Shown piece after piece: positions 1 through 11,744 of a stretch of DNA of 64,000 bases. Position 1 is the first letter of the stretch; the number at the start of each line of letters is the position of its first letter. Origin of the DNA: Babesia bigemina (taxonomy: Eukaryota); NCBI RefSeq assembly GCF_000981445.1, contig NC_027219.1, positions 310,001-374,000 on the forward strand. The letters run 5' to 3'. The position numbers and the translations under genes are program-made. The notes below the pieces were generated by a model. That model was not told the origin of the DNA, made no database searches, and worked only from the letters and a program-made list of their open reading frames with translations.

Positions 1-507
1 GTGGAGAATGGCATTCGCTGTGTGACCTGGATGTGTCGACCGTCGTAACAACTACACAAACTGGCGCAGGCAAAGAGATGGTCACCGACGACTCCGTGGA
101 GATGGAGCGTCGCCGCAACGTGCCGGTGCGCTACGACCGCAACATGTACATCACTGCGATAAAGACCATCCAGAAAGCCGAGCGCGTCGAAGAGCTGCGG
201 AAGATTCTCATGAGGAGGCAGCGACGCCGCGCTCTAATCGCCAAGAAGCGCACGCTGGCCGAGAAAGAGCTGGAGACGCACAGTCACATCCTCGAGGTGC
301 CGAACGACCTACTGGAGCGCCGCGAAATGGACGGCGAGGACGTCGTTATGGAGAGCAAGGTGGGTTTTTGCGTATTTAAGCGTTACGTCGTCGCAGACAA
401 AGCGGGTTACACGACACATGAAGGTGTCGAAACCGAAGGAGCTTGTGCAAGTTCGCAAGACGATCAAGAAGCCGCGTCGCTCGGACGACGCCATGGACAT
501 CGACTGA
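1..507 (+). CDS. RLP24: Ribosome biogenesis protein RLP24 (eL24-like), 3' part; gene starts before the window
   Basis: GKEMVTDDSVEMERRRNVPVRYDRNMYITAIKTIQKAERVEELR matches the RLP24/RSL24D1 core (KELTVD...FEKRRN.PIKY.R). Intron at about 360-396; last exon ends ...DAMDID* with TGA at 505-507. Confidence 0.85.
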
Positions 508-561
508 AGGCGGGTGGGGTACGCCCATCGCGCCATCCGAACCACTTTATAATTCACGCTA

Positions 562-1070
562 ATGGAACAATCATACGATTCTACTACAACGCTGCAGGTT
601 GTGTAGTAATGTGTATTTTTGACCCCGCCGCAGCAATTCCAGTTGCTCCAGGAGACACAGGCGCAGATCGAGGTCCTGAACACGCAAATCAACAAAATCA
701 ATAAACGGATTGGCGGTCTTCAGGTTGGCCAGAAGCGTTGCGAGGCCGCGCTCGAATCGGTAGGCCGCACACGCCCACGCGCCTTCACAGTGCGCAGCTT
801 GAAAACACCCAACCCGGTCAGCGGGTTTACAAACAGGTCTCCCGCGTGTAAGTTTAGAGAGTCTGTGTTACATACACGCGCAGCTTAATTTTGCGGGATC
901 CGTCGGAGCTGCAAGCCGAGATTACAAGCGAACGCGAATCTGCTGCCAAGGACCTGCCTAAATTGACCGCAGTGAAGGCACAGCTGGTGGCAAAGCTCGG
1001 CGGGTTGAACGCCCAATTTGTGGACCTCAATACCCAGCTGCGGCAGGCAGTCTTCCGTCAGCCGTCGTGA
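562..1070 (+). CDS. Prefoldin beta-type subunit (PFDN1-like), spliced
   Basis: The spliced product is coiled coil, then QRVYKQVSRVLIL (prefoldin beta hairpin VYxxVGxxFIL-like), then coiled coil. ATG at 562, TGA at 1068-1070, three short GT-AG introns. Confidence 0.7.
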
Positions 1071-1165
1071 GCCCTCTGTCGCGTGCTCCGGGGCCACCTT
1101 CGGAGATTTAGGAGGGGATTCTATCGTTGGTTACTGAGTGGAGATTACGTGTCTGCTTCGACAAG

Positions 1166-1769
1166 ATGTTGCACATTTTGCTTGTGTTGTGTGTCATCAC
1201 GTGCATCTGCGATCTGTTCGGTGCTGGGCTGCGTCGAGTTTCCGCCTTGCTGCAGGCGCTGGAGGAAAGGCGAGCGGCTGCGAACCCCGCAATGTTCAAT
1301 AGTGAGGGACAGGTGCCGACGATGACGGACATCGCGATGCGCTTCATTGCCTCGAAACTGAACATCTACAAGATATTAAGGATGATCGTCGGACTCATCG
1401 GCGTGTTGTCCAACATCATCCTGCCCTACTACCTCCTAAGCAGATTCACCAAGACCACGAACGCCAGCTATCACCGCCAGACATATTCGTACATGCCCTT
1501 CATGATCGTCGACTTCGAGCGCGTCCCCGTCTCGGAGATCGACTTGGCAGAGGTAAGTGCCACGTCGAGTTGGACACAGTGTGCAGGTGCCAACGTCGGG
1601 TGCGAAGAAGCCGGAGGACATTAACGTGTTGACATCCTTCAACAGATACATCGCGTTCATGGTCTCTAGGGTTGCGATGAAAGCCATATATTCCACCTTC
1701 TACGCAGCCTGCAACCCGGCGGGTTACCTTGAGCAGATGATGCAGCGCGACAAGGAAACCAAAGCATAA
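1166..1769 (+). CDS. Hypothetical membrane protein, 2 exons
   Basis: Hydrophobic N-terminus MLHILLVLCVITCICDLFG and a second hydrophobic segment ILRMIVGLIGVLSNIILPYYLL. One intron near 1553-1587 joins to the 1557..1769 frame. Confidence 0.55.
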
Positions 1770-1813
1770 AATCCCTTCACAATGCCCTAATATTACACTA
1801 CTTACTTTACACG

Positions 1814-2629
1814 ATGAATGTGCAGCTCATTTCTGCGGAAGGTGACGTGTTCACCGTAGAGCGCCACGTAATCTCGCTCAGCGTCGTCCTGAACAACACG
1901 CTTCAAGGTGAGCCGCTTTCTCAACCTCGCACATGAGCCCAGATTACGATGACAGCAGCGAGCTGGAGCCCATACAGCTGCCAGAAATCAGCACGCGTAT
2001 CCTGGGCAAGATCATCGACTACTGCCGCTACCACTGGGACAACCCGGCGAAGCCTATACCGAAGCCACTTAAATCAGCACGTCTGATTGAGGTATGTGAT
2101 AGCCAGTGTGTACTAGTGATAAACGTCTCTACAGTTCGTCTGCCCCTGGGACTGCGAGTTCGTCAACGTGGACAAGGAGACGCTTTTTGAGCTGATAATG
2201 GTAAGCGATGCGATGTACGTGAGCTTTGTCCGCACTGTGAGCAGGCGGAAAACTTTCTGGACATCAAACCGCTGCTCGACCTTGTCTGCGCCAAGCTGGC
2301 TTCCATGATCAAGGGCAAGTCGGTACAAGATATCAGGGACGAATTCAACATTGTTAACGACTTCACTCCTGAAGAGGAGGCCAGGGTAAGTCTTTTATCT
2401 CACAGAGATGCTGCGGCGTCGGACGTTGCATGCCCGCCGACAGACACAGTGAACGAAGCGACGGTTGGGACCACTACCAGATGGTCATGCGTATCATCGG
2501 CGAAAAATATGTCGCTATAGCCGATGCGATGTCGTTTGCTGTGACGGTAGGAGGTGGAGCAAATGCTAGTGTGGTGATTCATGCCTCATGCAGATTAGGG
2601 AAGAGAACAAGTGGTGCGCTGAGTTATGA
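1814..2629 (+). CDS. SKP1: SKP1 (SCF E3 ligase adaptor), 5 exons
   Basis: [15 protein letters not shown]...[18 protein letters not shown]...[32 protein letters not shown]...[12 protein letters not shown], with last exon [11 protein letters not shown] at 2594-2629. Confidence 0.95.
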
Positions 2630-2643
2630 GCCCGTGAATTTCT

Positions 2644-3259
2644 TCAACGACGGTCCCTAGAGCTCGCCCTCCCGTAGCTGGGGCTGCGGGACCTGATGCG
2701 CCTGCCTCCGCTGCGTGATCGTGATCGCGACTTAGTTCGGCTGCGCTTGCGGGGGCTGAACGTAATGTTGTTTCCTCGGTCCGTAGGCCTACGTACCTCG
2801 GGCTACGTCTAGAAGAATAGGGGTCTCTTCCCCTGCTGCGGTCCCTGCGATGCCTAGGACGTGGACCCTTAGACAGTTCAACCTTCAGGCTGCGACATCA
2901 TTAGCTGGAAGGCAGACACTTTGGGGGCAATTTTGGCCGCAACGGACAAACTACGTACTTTTGGCCCTTGAACTCGGTTCCATCCAATTCGTCGATGGCG
3001 TCACTTGCGTCGCGGGAGTCCTCGAAGGTCTGTCGTCGTTGAGCTCAAGGCGTGTACGTCCACCCACCACAAAGGCGAACCCCGGGGGCCTGCGGGCCAC
3101 CCATACGTTCGCAATAGTGCCGAATTTTGAAAACAGAGATTCCACGTCGTCTACGGTGGCCTCCGGGTTCAGGTTTCCTGACGTAAATTGTACGAAGACA
3201 ACGCGCCGCCCACCTATGTAGACCTTCTTGCCTTCGCTGGACTCGTAACGACTGCCCAT
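2644..3259 (-). CDS. Serine/arginine-rich splicing factor (SRSF3/7-like, single RRM plus RS tail), spliced
   Basis: KVYIG/NLNPEATVDDVESLFSKFGTIANVWVARRPPGFAFV is the SRSF3/7 RRM signature. RS/RD-rich C-terminus ends ...SSRDRR*. Confidence 0.85.
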
Positions 3260-5228
3260 CTTCGATTTTGAACGGTAACTACGAGCCTTATAAAAAGAAT
3301 GTGGGCCACGCGTTCAAAAAATGTGATGTTAACGTGGCCGTTGCATCCCCCACAGCTGCGATGCCAGCACAGGGGATCGACGCGTAACCGCACTTGACGC
3401 GGATCACACCATTACACACGCAAAGTAATAGTTTTCCACCGCTAAAGGACACTATGTGTGACAATTAACGGCATGGAAGGCGCGGTTATGGTGGTCAGCG
3501 GCGGTGGGATACGCCGTCGTAGCGGTGGTGTGACATCACCCTCAACCCCCGTGAGCAGCATAACATTTACGTATGCCACGACACTTCAGCGTCACCTAAC
3601 AGTGTTAGCCTGCGTCGGCGCGCTAATGTTGACGGATGCCAACATCTACAAAAACCTGTCTTCTCCACCTACAAAACGAAACATGATAATCCAGCATACG
3701 CATACGGTAGCAGTCTATTAGCGTATGCTATGCCCGGGTAGGGTTAGAGGCGAAACGCCGTCTCGCCATCGTTCGCGAGCAATCGCCTCCGATAGTCCAA
3801 TAAATCGTGGTATATTGCCGCTTACCGACGTTCACACTGCAGCATCGGCAGTGCACACAATTAATTAATCGATCGCAGTGATAATACACGGGAAAATATG
3901 CCGGTATACGTGTGTGTGGTGCCATGCCAATGCAGCCCTGTAGGTCCCGTGAATGCGCATCACCTTGACGATATTGCATCCGGCTCTAATGCATCGGTGG
4001 TGATGAAAGTGATTGCATATATGCATTTTTACGGCGTTTGTCACACTGAAGGAGTTGCGTTTGTGAGCATAACGCAACGGTAGAATAGTTCCGATCAATG
4101 CAGTTGTCATGATGCTTAAAAAGCAGTATTTGCTCTGCAGTCGCCATCATTAATCTATGAAATATTCCAAAAATCAGTACCAGTAAATTTTTTTGAAATT
4201 TGGCCGACATTCAGCTGCCTAGACACTTGTGCATAACAGATTTCACGTTACCAAAACAAGTCGCATAAGGGTGAACGGCCACCTCCAAATACTTACCACT
4301 ACATAATTATGTATATACGTGACGTATAACTTGCAAGATGCTGGCCAGTTGCCTGTTGATCACTAGTCTTCAGCGAGCCCGTCTGCTGATGTTTTGGACG
4401 TAACATTTTCTGGCATCTGAGCTTCTTAAATGTAACGTAATAATCATACAAAGCCGAAAAAGACAATAGCACCGTGGAAAGCGAAAAGGTCGAAACACGA
4501 AACGCTTACGGAAGTAGGCTCAAGCGGCACATCGGTCGCACGAATGGACGGCAAGGGACTCCGCCTAACATTACCGAGCACATCGTACAACTAATAATGC
4601 GCAAAATGCGTAGATAGTGGCATTGGATATTCAGATGCGAAGCTCAAAAACACCGACACGCGGAGGCACCTACGAGGTGATGCATAAAGGAACAGAGGAA
4701 GATTCAGTATTAACAAAGACGGGCTAAGTGACGACATCAGCTGCACAGCGTGTAAATGGTCGAATAAGATGACACATCAGAGCTCATTTTCAGTAGATGC
4801 GAATTCTGTGTGAACGCCTCTAGTGCCCTTAATAGATTGCTCACTTCCGCGAATGGTTCATTTGCGTATCAGCTGTATCATTATAAATGCTATATGTACG
4901 TGCACAGCATCAGGGAATAGTAGCGGCCAACAAGATGCATAGCACGAATGCGACGTGTGAGCGTACTACCACCCACTGCACGAGTTTGGCAGCAACTTCT
5001 GCAGGCTTATCCCACCAATGGACGCATTTAGGAGGATAAGTGTGGCGTCTTTCGGCGCGTAGCTAAAGGAGTGCAGTCCACACACGCCTTGACCGGTGGT
5101 CACCCCATCTAACACGTACCCTAATCCTCCTACGTCCTTATTCATTAACAACCTTTTACTGTTTCTTAATCGTCAATTGTTTTCATTTATATTTTGCATC
5201 GCTACAAAGTCATAGCACCCTAGATAGG

Positions 5229-5600
5229 ATGTCCGGAAAGGTGCCATCGTCGAAGAGCCAAGCGGCCAAGAAAACCGCTGGCAAATCCCTCGGGATCAGG
5301 TACCGCCGCAAGAAGCGTATTGAAAGTTTCTCTCTTTACATCTACAAGGTGCTTAAGCAAGTGCACCCCGAGACCGGTGTTTCCAAGAAGTCTATGTCTA
5401 TCATGAACTCTTTCATCAACGACATTTTCGACCGCATGGCTCTCGAGGCTACCAGGCTCATCAGGTACAACAAGAAGAGCACTCTCAGCTCCCGCGAAAT
5501 TCAGACCGCCGTACGTCTCTTGCTGCCCGGTGAATTGTCTAAGCACGCCGTGTCTGAGGGAACCAAGGCCGTCACCAAATACACCACCTCTGGAGCCTAA
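5229..5600 (+). CDS. H2B.Z: Histone H2B variant H2B.Z (H2Bv, apicomplexan-specific)
   Basis: Histone fold [19 protein letters not shown]...[31 protein letters not shown]. The N-tail [15 protein letters not shown] is characteristic of apicomplexan H2B.Z. Confidence 0.95.
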   Translation: MSGKVPSSKSQAAKKTAGKSLGIRYRRKKRIESFSLYIYKVLKQVHPETGVSKKSMSIMNSFINDIFDRMALEATRLIRYNKKSTLSSREIQTAVRLLLPGELSKHAVSEGTKAVTKYTTSGA

Positions 5601-6660
5601 GCATAAACACCTTCAAAAATTTACGCGTCATACTTGATTTAGAATTAAGATTGTCGAGACCGCCATTCAACGCCCACAGACGTTTGCGCCAATGGCCATG
5701 TTGCTGCGCTGTGGCCCAGGGCTGCAGCGGGCTTTCTTACGTCTACCTCCCTAAAGACATTGGCGAGTCAACTGGGGTAGCAGGTCTTTCTGCTTTTTCA
5801 TCTAAACGTGCCAACCTTAAACTGAATTCGTAAAAGGCTCATTTTTAATGCGTACGTCTATTATATGACACGTAAGGCGGCTGTCTTTGCGTTTTGGCGT
5901 GGATGCCGCACTTCTTTGCGTCTTTTCGTTGGGTGGTACAGATTAGGTCTGAATTTCGAGAGGAGGTTGCTTCTCTTCTTGCGAACTGTTTGCCTAGCTC
6001 GATTCTGCGTTGAAGGAGGATGCAATTGGAAGTATATAGCTCACTAGCACGAATTAGACGAATTCATTAGACACCTAGCTGATCGATGTAGATCTACGTT
6101 TGTACACCTGGCTTTAAAAAGAAGCACGATTAAGGTAAAACCTTGAGAAGTGCCAATACTCAGATGAGCAGCAAGCATACACGAAATATGTAAGCACGGA
6201 CACAATTAGTCGATATATTGTCATATTCGATGCGATAAAGTGTTTCTGCTTGCGTTGCAGTATTATGCTAACAATCCGATGTGTAGACGCTCCGATGCTA
6301 TAACGCCTACTTCCCCGTTCTGAGGCGCTTACGAATCTTCCTCACTGAACGGCAGTCAGGCCGAGCGCCGTGATTTGCCTGTTAATGTGTGAGTTGCTCA
6401 GTAACGGTAGCGAGAGCGGAACGTACTTTTGAAGGGTAACGACACCCGGGATTGCGATTCCACAACAGCACGCGAGACGAGCTGATAGACCTCAGCTGCG
6501 TGAGAAGAAGGTTGCCGAAAAATGTGAACATCGCAGAATTCGCAGACGAAATATTAGATGGCGTTATTGCGCGGTTTAAGTCACCCACGGCAGCTGGCTA
6601 TCATGCTGTTGTGACTTGGAGAGGCTTTTGGATAGCAATAGGAGCATAGAGCTACTCAAT

Positions 6661-7724
6661 ATGACCGAAAAGGAACAGAATGTCAAAGCAGTGGTGTCTG
6701 AGATTGCCAGCCGTCGCGGTGTGGCTGACATGACGACTGATGAGTCGTTAAGACAGCTCAGCGACCAATATGTAGAATACTTGAAATTAATCAAGGACAA
6801 TTGGTCATCGTGCCACGCGTCAAAGATGCTCAATGTAGAGCTCGTGCAATACATTGTACCCCGATTCCGGCAATTGTCAGCTCCACTGCGAGTACGAATT
6901 CTGACCTCATTCTTCTACCTCAAGGACACGCTGGTAAGTGATTAACAGTCATGAGCTGTGCGGCCTACGCGCCACACGGGAATCATAATCACGTGAATTA
7001 ACAATTTATCAGCGGGTGGAAGCGCAAGACAACCTCATGGAGGTGCTCGGTTTCGCGGAAACCGATGCCAATGAGTGGGTCCGCAAGATGGGACAGCTAC
7101 TGGTAGGTAATTCTATACATTGGAGTCAAACGTGCACTTGAGATGATGAACATTGTGCCGCCTAACCTGATTACAATCATTGCTTCTTTTGATCATGGAT
7201 TAACATTGCGCGTTTGGTACACAACCATAGGCCGTTCGGTGACAACACTAGCGAATACATTTGAATAATACGCAAAAATTCATGCTGCTAGGGTCTTGGT
7301 ACTATCTGTGGGATAAAAGCGCGTTTCATTTCCGATTCACAGTGTCGCAGCGGCCGTTTATACTCAATGGAATGATCGACTTACGACTGATTGACACGGA
7401 GACGGCATTCAGGATAATTACATTTTTGGACGAACACAAAGGTATGTTCACTAATTCATGGCACGGCATATTGTTGTCCACAAGCATAACGTGTGCCCAG
7501 ATTCAACCTACTACGAAAAGGAAGGGCTGGACAGTGTCCACATCTGCAGCGTTAAAGAGTCCGACGGATCGGTTGCGTCAAACGGAATACAGAACGACGA
7601 TGAATATACGCAATATTATCCGCGGGTGAACTTCGACAAACTGGGGGACACTATATTAAAGCGTGCTGTGAATCGCAGGGATGCCTATGCACAACGCAGG
7701 AGCTTATCAATCACAGAAATCTAG
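6661..7724 (+). CDS. NELF-A N-terminal-domain-like protein, 4 exons (6661-6933, 7013-7102, 7351-7441, 7501-7724)
   Basis: The spliced frame is open. WSSCHASKMLNVELVQYIVPRFRQLSAPLRVRILTSFFYL...LMEVLGFAETDANEWVRKMGQLLRPFILNGMIDL aligns by eye with metazoan NELF-A WAPPSIASLLT...FHGLSSAVKLKLLLG...LMEIIQLASLDSDPWVLMVADILKSFPDTGSLNL. Confidence 0.7.
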
Positions 7725-9468
7725 ATTCTGCATTGCAAGTGTTCGCGCAGCTGCAGACATCGCCCGTGTGATGCCAACACCACATATGGTGTCGGGCTTG
7801 TTTCAACCATGCAAACGTTTTGATAATATTTTTGTTTTGTGGTTATCGCATGTTTGCAAACCGTCGTGCCACAGGAGGGGGCAGATTACTCGGTTCCACT
7901 ACCAACACAAGCGGTTGTCAACACGAATATCTGGGTTTTTGCAGATTTTAGAAAAATGGATTGACGTTGCTGGTATCAACTGTTAGCAAAATATGCTTGA
8001 TTCTTTGTGCTGTACCATTTTATTCTTATGGTCGTCCTGTGATATTACCGATATATCCTTGACGTTCGGTTTCATTTTGGAATGCAGGGTCCGAGCATTA
8101 CGAGATTGACTAGGTGGACGTCAAGGTGCCAAGCCGAAGGATGATGTTTAAGGCGTATTCCGTTTTTCACTGGCGAGGCATCTTGCAAAAATATACAATG
8201 TTAGTGAAAATTTCTGCAGTATGATAGAAGTTATCAAGTGTTCCACATTGGAGAACCTGCTATGCGTCCCGCGGGGTAAAGAAAGTAGAAAATGAGTGAT
8301 CGGGGTCACAGACGTATCATCCATGTTAGTGCTTCAATCAAAAGTACGCGAATTTACAAAGTAATCATGTTGCTTTCTTGTTACGCGTATGATGAATCCC
8401 AACTCTGTCCCCGTGAGCTGCGAATAAGATGTATCGCTGGAATTTGACGTTCACAAGCGATTTCAAAGCTTCCTTATAAAACAATGGTTTCCTTGAAATT
8501 GAACACTGCAAGTATTGAAACGGTTCAAGTTAGTCCACTTAATGAGGTGTATAAGAGCCTTTTTAGAATTTCTCGTCCTAAGCGTTGCGCATCACATTTC
8601 CACCTGGCTTTTTAATTCAAACAGGACTCACCAATTACATTGTGGCTTTCAAATTTGAGATGAAGCGTCGCATAGAGGGAATACAATAGGGTGGTTTCGA
8701 CTTTTTAAAATATTTCCCTTTACTTTCCTCTAATCAATTTCTAAAATCAGGTTATTACCATCGCCGCTGCTAAAATTTTTATATTCAACTACAAACATCT
8801 CATGACAGCACATCGGGAGCAATACTGAGTTCCACATGCGTCATTCTCGTCAGCTGATTAACCGTTCATCATGTTTAGTGATACAGCGTTCGCCACAACG
8901 GGAACGGCTGCAAAAGTTGACGCAGTGGTTACGAGAGACGGTCAGAAATACGCATATTCATAACCTCACTACTCTGCAACATAAGCGCTGCTGTAGTATG
9001 CCTAATGCGATGTAATGACCATCGTTAAGTGGTTCACTGTGTGGGTGCTTTTGCCTACAACACGTCGCCGCAGTAATATTGATGACGCTTTATTGGGGGG
9101 AGGCCTCTCAAGCTTACAATAAATGATTCAGCTGCAAACATAATGAGCGATTGCTGTATACACTTTAAACGATAAGGCTTTGAATATACTGCTGTGTTGA
9201 CATCCATCACCATCGATGTGCTTGTCGTCACGGCACCATGTTAAGAGAGTGCGCAATGTAATAGTAACATGAACGTAGCCCGTCGCTAAGCTACTGATGG
9301 TAATATATATCCATCTGGCGCGGAATTGCTATCATTTTGATACTAAAACGTTATTGTGTTACGCATTTGGTACATAATATGTGAGTTGACATCTGGATTA
9401 ACGATTGATCAGTTTTACAGTTTTATATTACGAATAGGTTAAGCATCATTGGTAGTGACCAAATCAGG

Positions 9469-10741
9469 ATGTTTGAGATCCTTTGCATAGGGACTTTGCT
9501 TTTATTTGTATAAGCTTAGTTGGGCTCGCAACATCAGTTACAAAATCCGATGCTGCACAACGTCAGCGTTGTAAAGAGTGTTCGGAATGATGCGTTGTTA
9601 CCTTTTGCGTGCACGGCTATGTAAAGTTAGGAATGCTGCCGGCACTTTGTAATATCAATGATGCGTCATGGAATGTGGCAACTCCAATAACCTTCCGTAG
9701 CATACCCTGGAACATTCAGCGTGCTTGTAGCAATCTTGAAAATGTCGCCACAATGTCAAGTGCTGTTAATGGAGTGCCAACGCACCTAAACTGTACCTAC
9801 TAAGTGATATTGCTTTCACTGAAGCACTCGCTATATGTAGCATAACGGTTTTGTTGGTATTTATGGGTAAATACGTGGAATTTAAAGTATCCATACGTAT
9901 ACAACCCATAGTGTGACGACTAAAGTCGAATACGTGGATGCGTTTTGTTATAACATATGAGATAGAGGCATGAAAGGTTTTTAATGCTTTAGGTAGCCGT
10001 AAGAACCCCGCATCTTAAGTACAGGATGCATTGTTGAGTTGAATCTTACATTGTTCAACGGGCACTCCGGCAAATGTCGACAGTGATTCACGACTTTTGC
10101 TGATAGACGCGAGGCAATGTATATCCAATTTATACTGCCATGAAACGGCAATGACACTAATTTAACAGTGCAACGACTCGTCTGCATACGAAGGATTCCT
10201 ACTAGGGAATTACCTAAAACGATTGTAAACAAGTGCATTAACATAGGTTTATAGGGACTCAAAAATAACAACAGTTGCAAAAATGTGTACTACGCTAATG
10301 AAGTTTAACCGCCAGACGGTTTAATTTGATAAATGTGGACTTAGACGTCACGATCTGTGATCGTCCATCTTGTGCCGTGCTCTCACTGATCGGTTGTTAG
10401 GCACTGCCACCACCGGCGAGTCACACATCACCAAGGATATCATTGCTGATAATATATACGCTTGCACATTAGTCAATACGTCGGCAGCAGGCGCCGTTTC
10501 TAAACTTGTACGTATTTGTAAATAGCGCGCCATAGAACGTTGACATTGATACCAGCTACAGCGAATATACAGCGAGATGGCGAACGATATTAGAATGACG
10601 CCTGTTATTTTCCAGCAGCTGGTGCTGTTTGGCGTCTTTGTAATCGTGGCGATTGCTGGATTCGCGCTGCTGGCAGGGATCAAGACACCGACGTCACTGG
10701 AGAAACCCTCAGCACAGCAGCAGAAGAAAAAGGACCTCTGA
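9469..10741 (+). CDS. Putative multi-exon type I membrane protein with Ac45/VOA1-like C-terminal TM (V-ATPase accessory candidate); 5' exons tentative
   Basis: Last exon 10562-10741 encodes RIYSEMANDIRMTPVIFQQLVLFGVFVIVAIAGFALLAGIKTPTSLEKPSAQQQKKKDL*. A tentative signal-peptide exon MFEILCIGTLLLF starts at 9469. Middle exons are not fully resolved. Confidence 0.45.
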
Positions 10742-11744
10742 CGAATATGATACAGTGAAGGGTGTGAAGAATGCCCTTCACATCCATTGGAACTGCGATG
10801 TCTATTTTCCCCGTCGGGATAGGAGCGCGTCGCATATCAATGTTCGACTGAGTGCTTGTATTGACGTGACGATCCTCAGCACTGAGCATAACGTTTGCAG
10901 ACATGATGTAACGACGTTTGATGAGTCGTGCCAGCCTCCGAAGCCGCGACTAAGGTTGACGGCCCAGAGGCACCTATCGTAACACGTATAGGTTCGTATC
11001 GTATACATTCTTTTAATTTTTACATTTATGCATTTCTTGATGCATGCATGAATTGCCTCGGTCTTGCTACGGAGAATGATAATCTATTTGGCTGAGCGCA
11101 TCACACTACGGAATTGTATCGTCTGCGTGCAGTATTCCTCGTGCCTCCATCTTGAAGGCCCCGTAAATCCAAGATATCCATTTGGAGAGATACCCTTGCT
11201 TTCAGGAGATGTATATGATTGCTTGACTAAACTTTACTACGCATTGGCTAGATATATCAAACCACGATGATGTAACGTATTGGTTGATGTTGCTTGCGTA
11301 GCTGCCACCAGTAGTAAAGGGTCTGCAGGTCGAATCGCATATGACAATGAATATTTACATACGACATGTTTGCTCTAATTAAACGTGATTATCAACAAGC
11401 CGGACGTGCTGTCCGCGATAACCCAATGATCAGGCGTATAGGCACAATGGTAATTGACATATTACCGGGATTAGGTTTGTAGAGACGACTTCAAAACAAA
11501 TCTGGTCGTCGCCATTTCGTATGCCAGATGATTACTGGCCACGCAGCAGTGTATATAGCAGATACATTACCCCAATAACGTACATCCATTAATCGCCTCG
11601 GAAACGGCCGTTCATGCTAGCCCGAATGCATCAAGCCGTATATACTCACAACACATATACATTCCACTATTGACAATATATACGCAAAGACTCATCGATA
11701 CATATTTATCAGGTATGTCACACCTAGGCAGCTACTAAGCGAGC

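Noticed and set aside
33..704. 223-aa ORF as a single protein
   Set aside because: It reads through introns and the neighbouring gene. Only the RLP24 exon portion is real.
4289..4297. ATACTTACC, resembling the U1 snRNA 5' end
   Set aside because: The following sequence does not match U1. It is better read as a minus-strand 5' splice site.
4845..4862. Minus-strand TGAACCATTCGC, partly complementary to 18S rRNA (U14 domain A-like)
   Set aside because: The match is short and imperfect, with no U14 domain B or canonical box C.
11041..11048. TGCATGCA ApiAP2-type motif
   Set aside because: It is an isolated 8-mer downstream of convergent genes, and similar hits occur in introns. Not distinguishable from chance.
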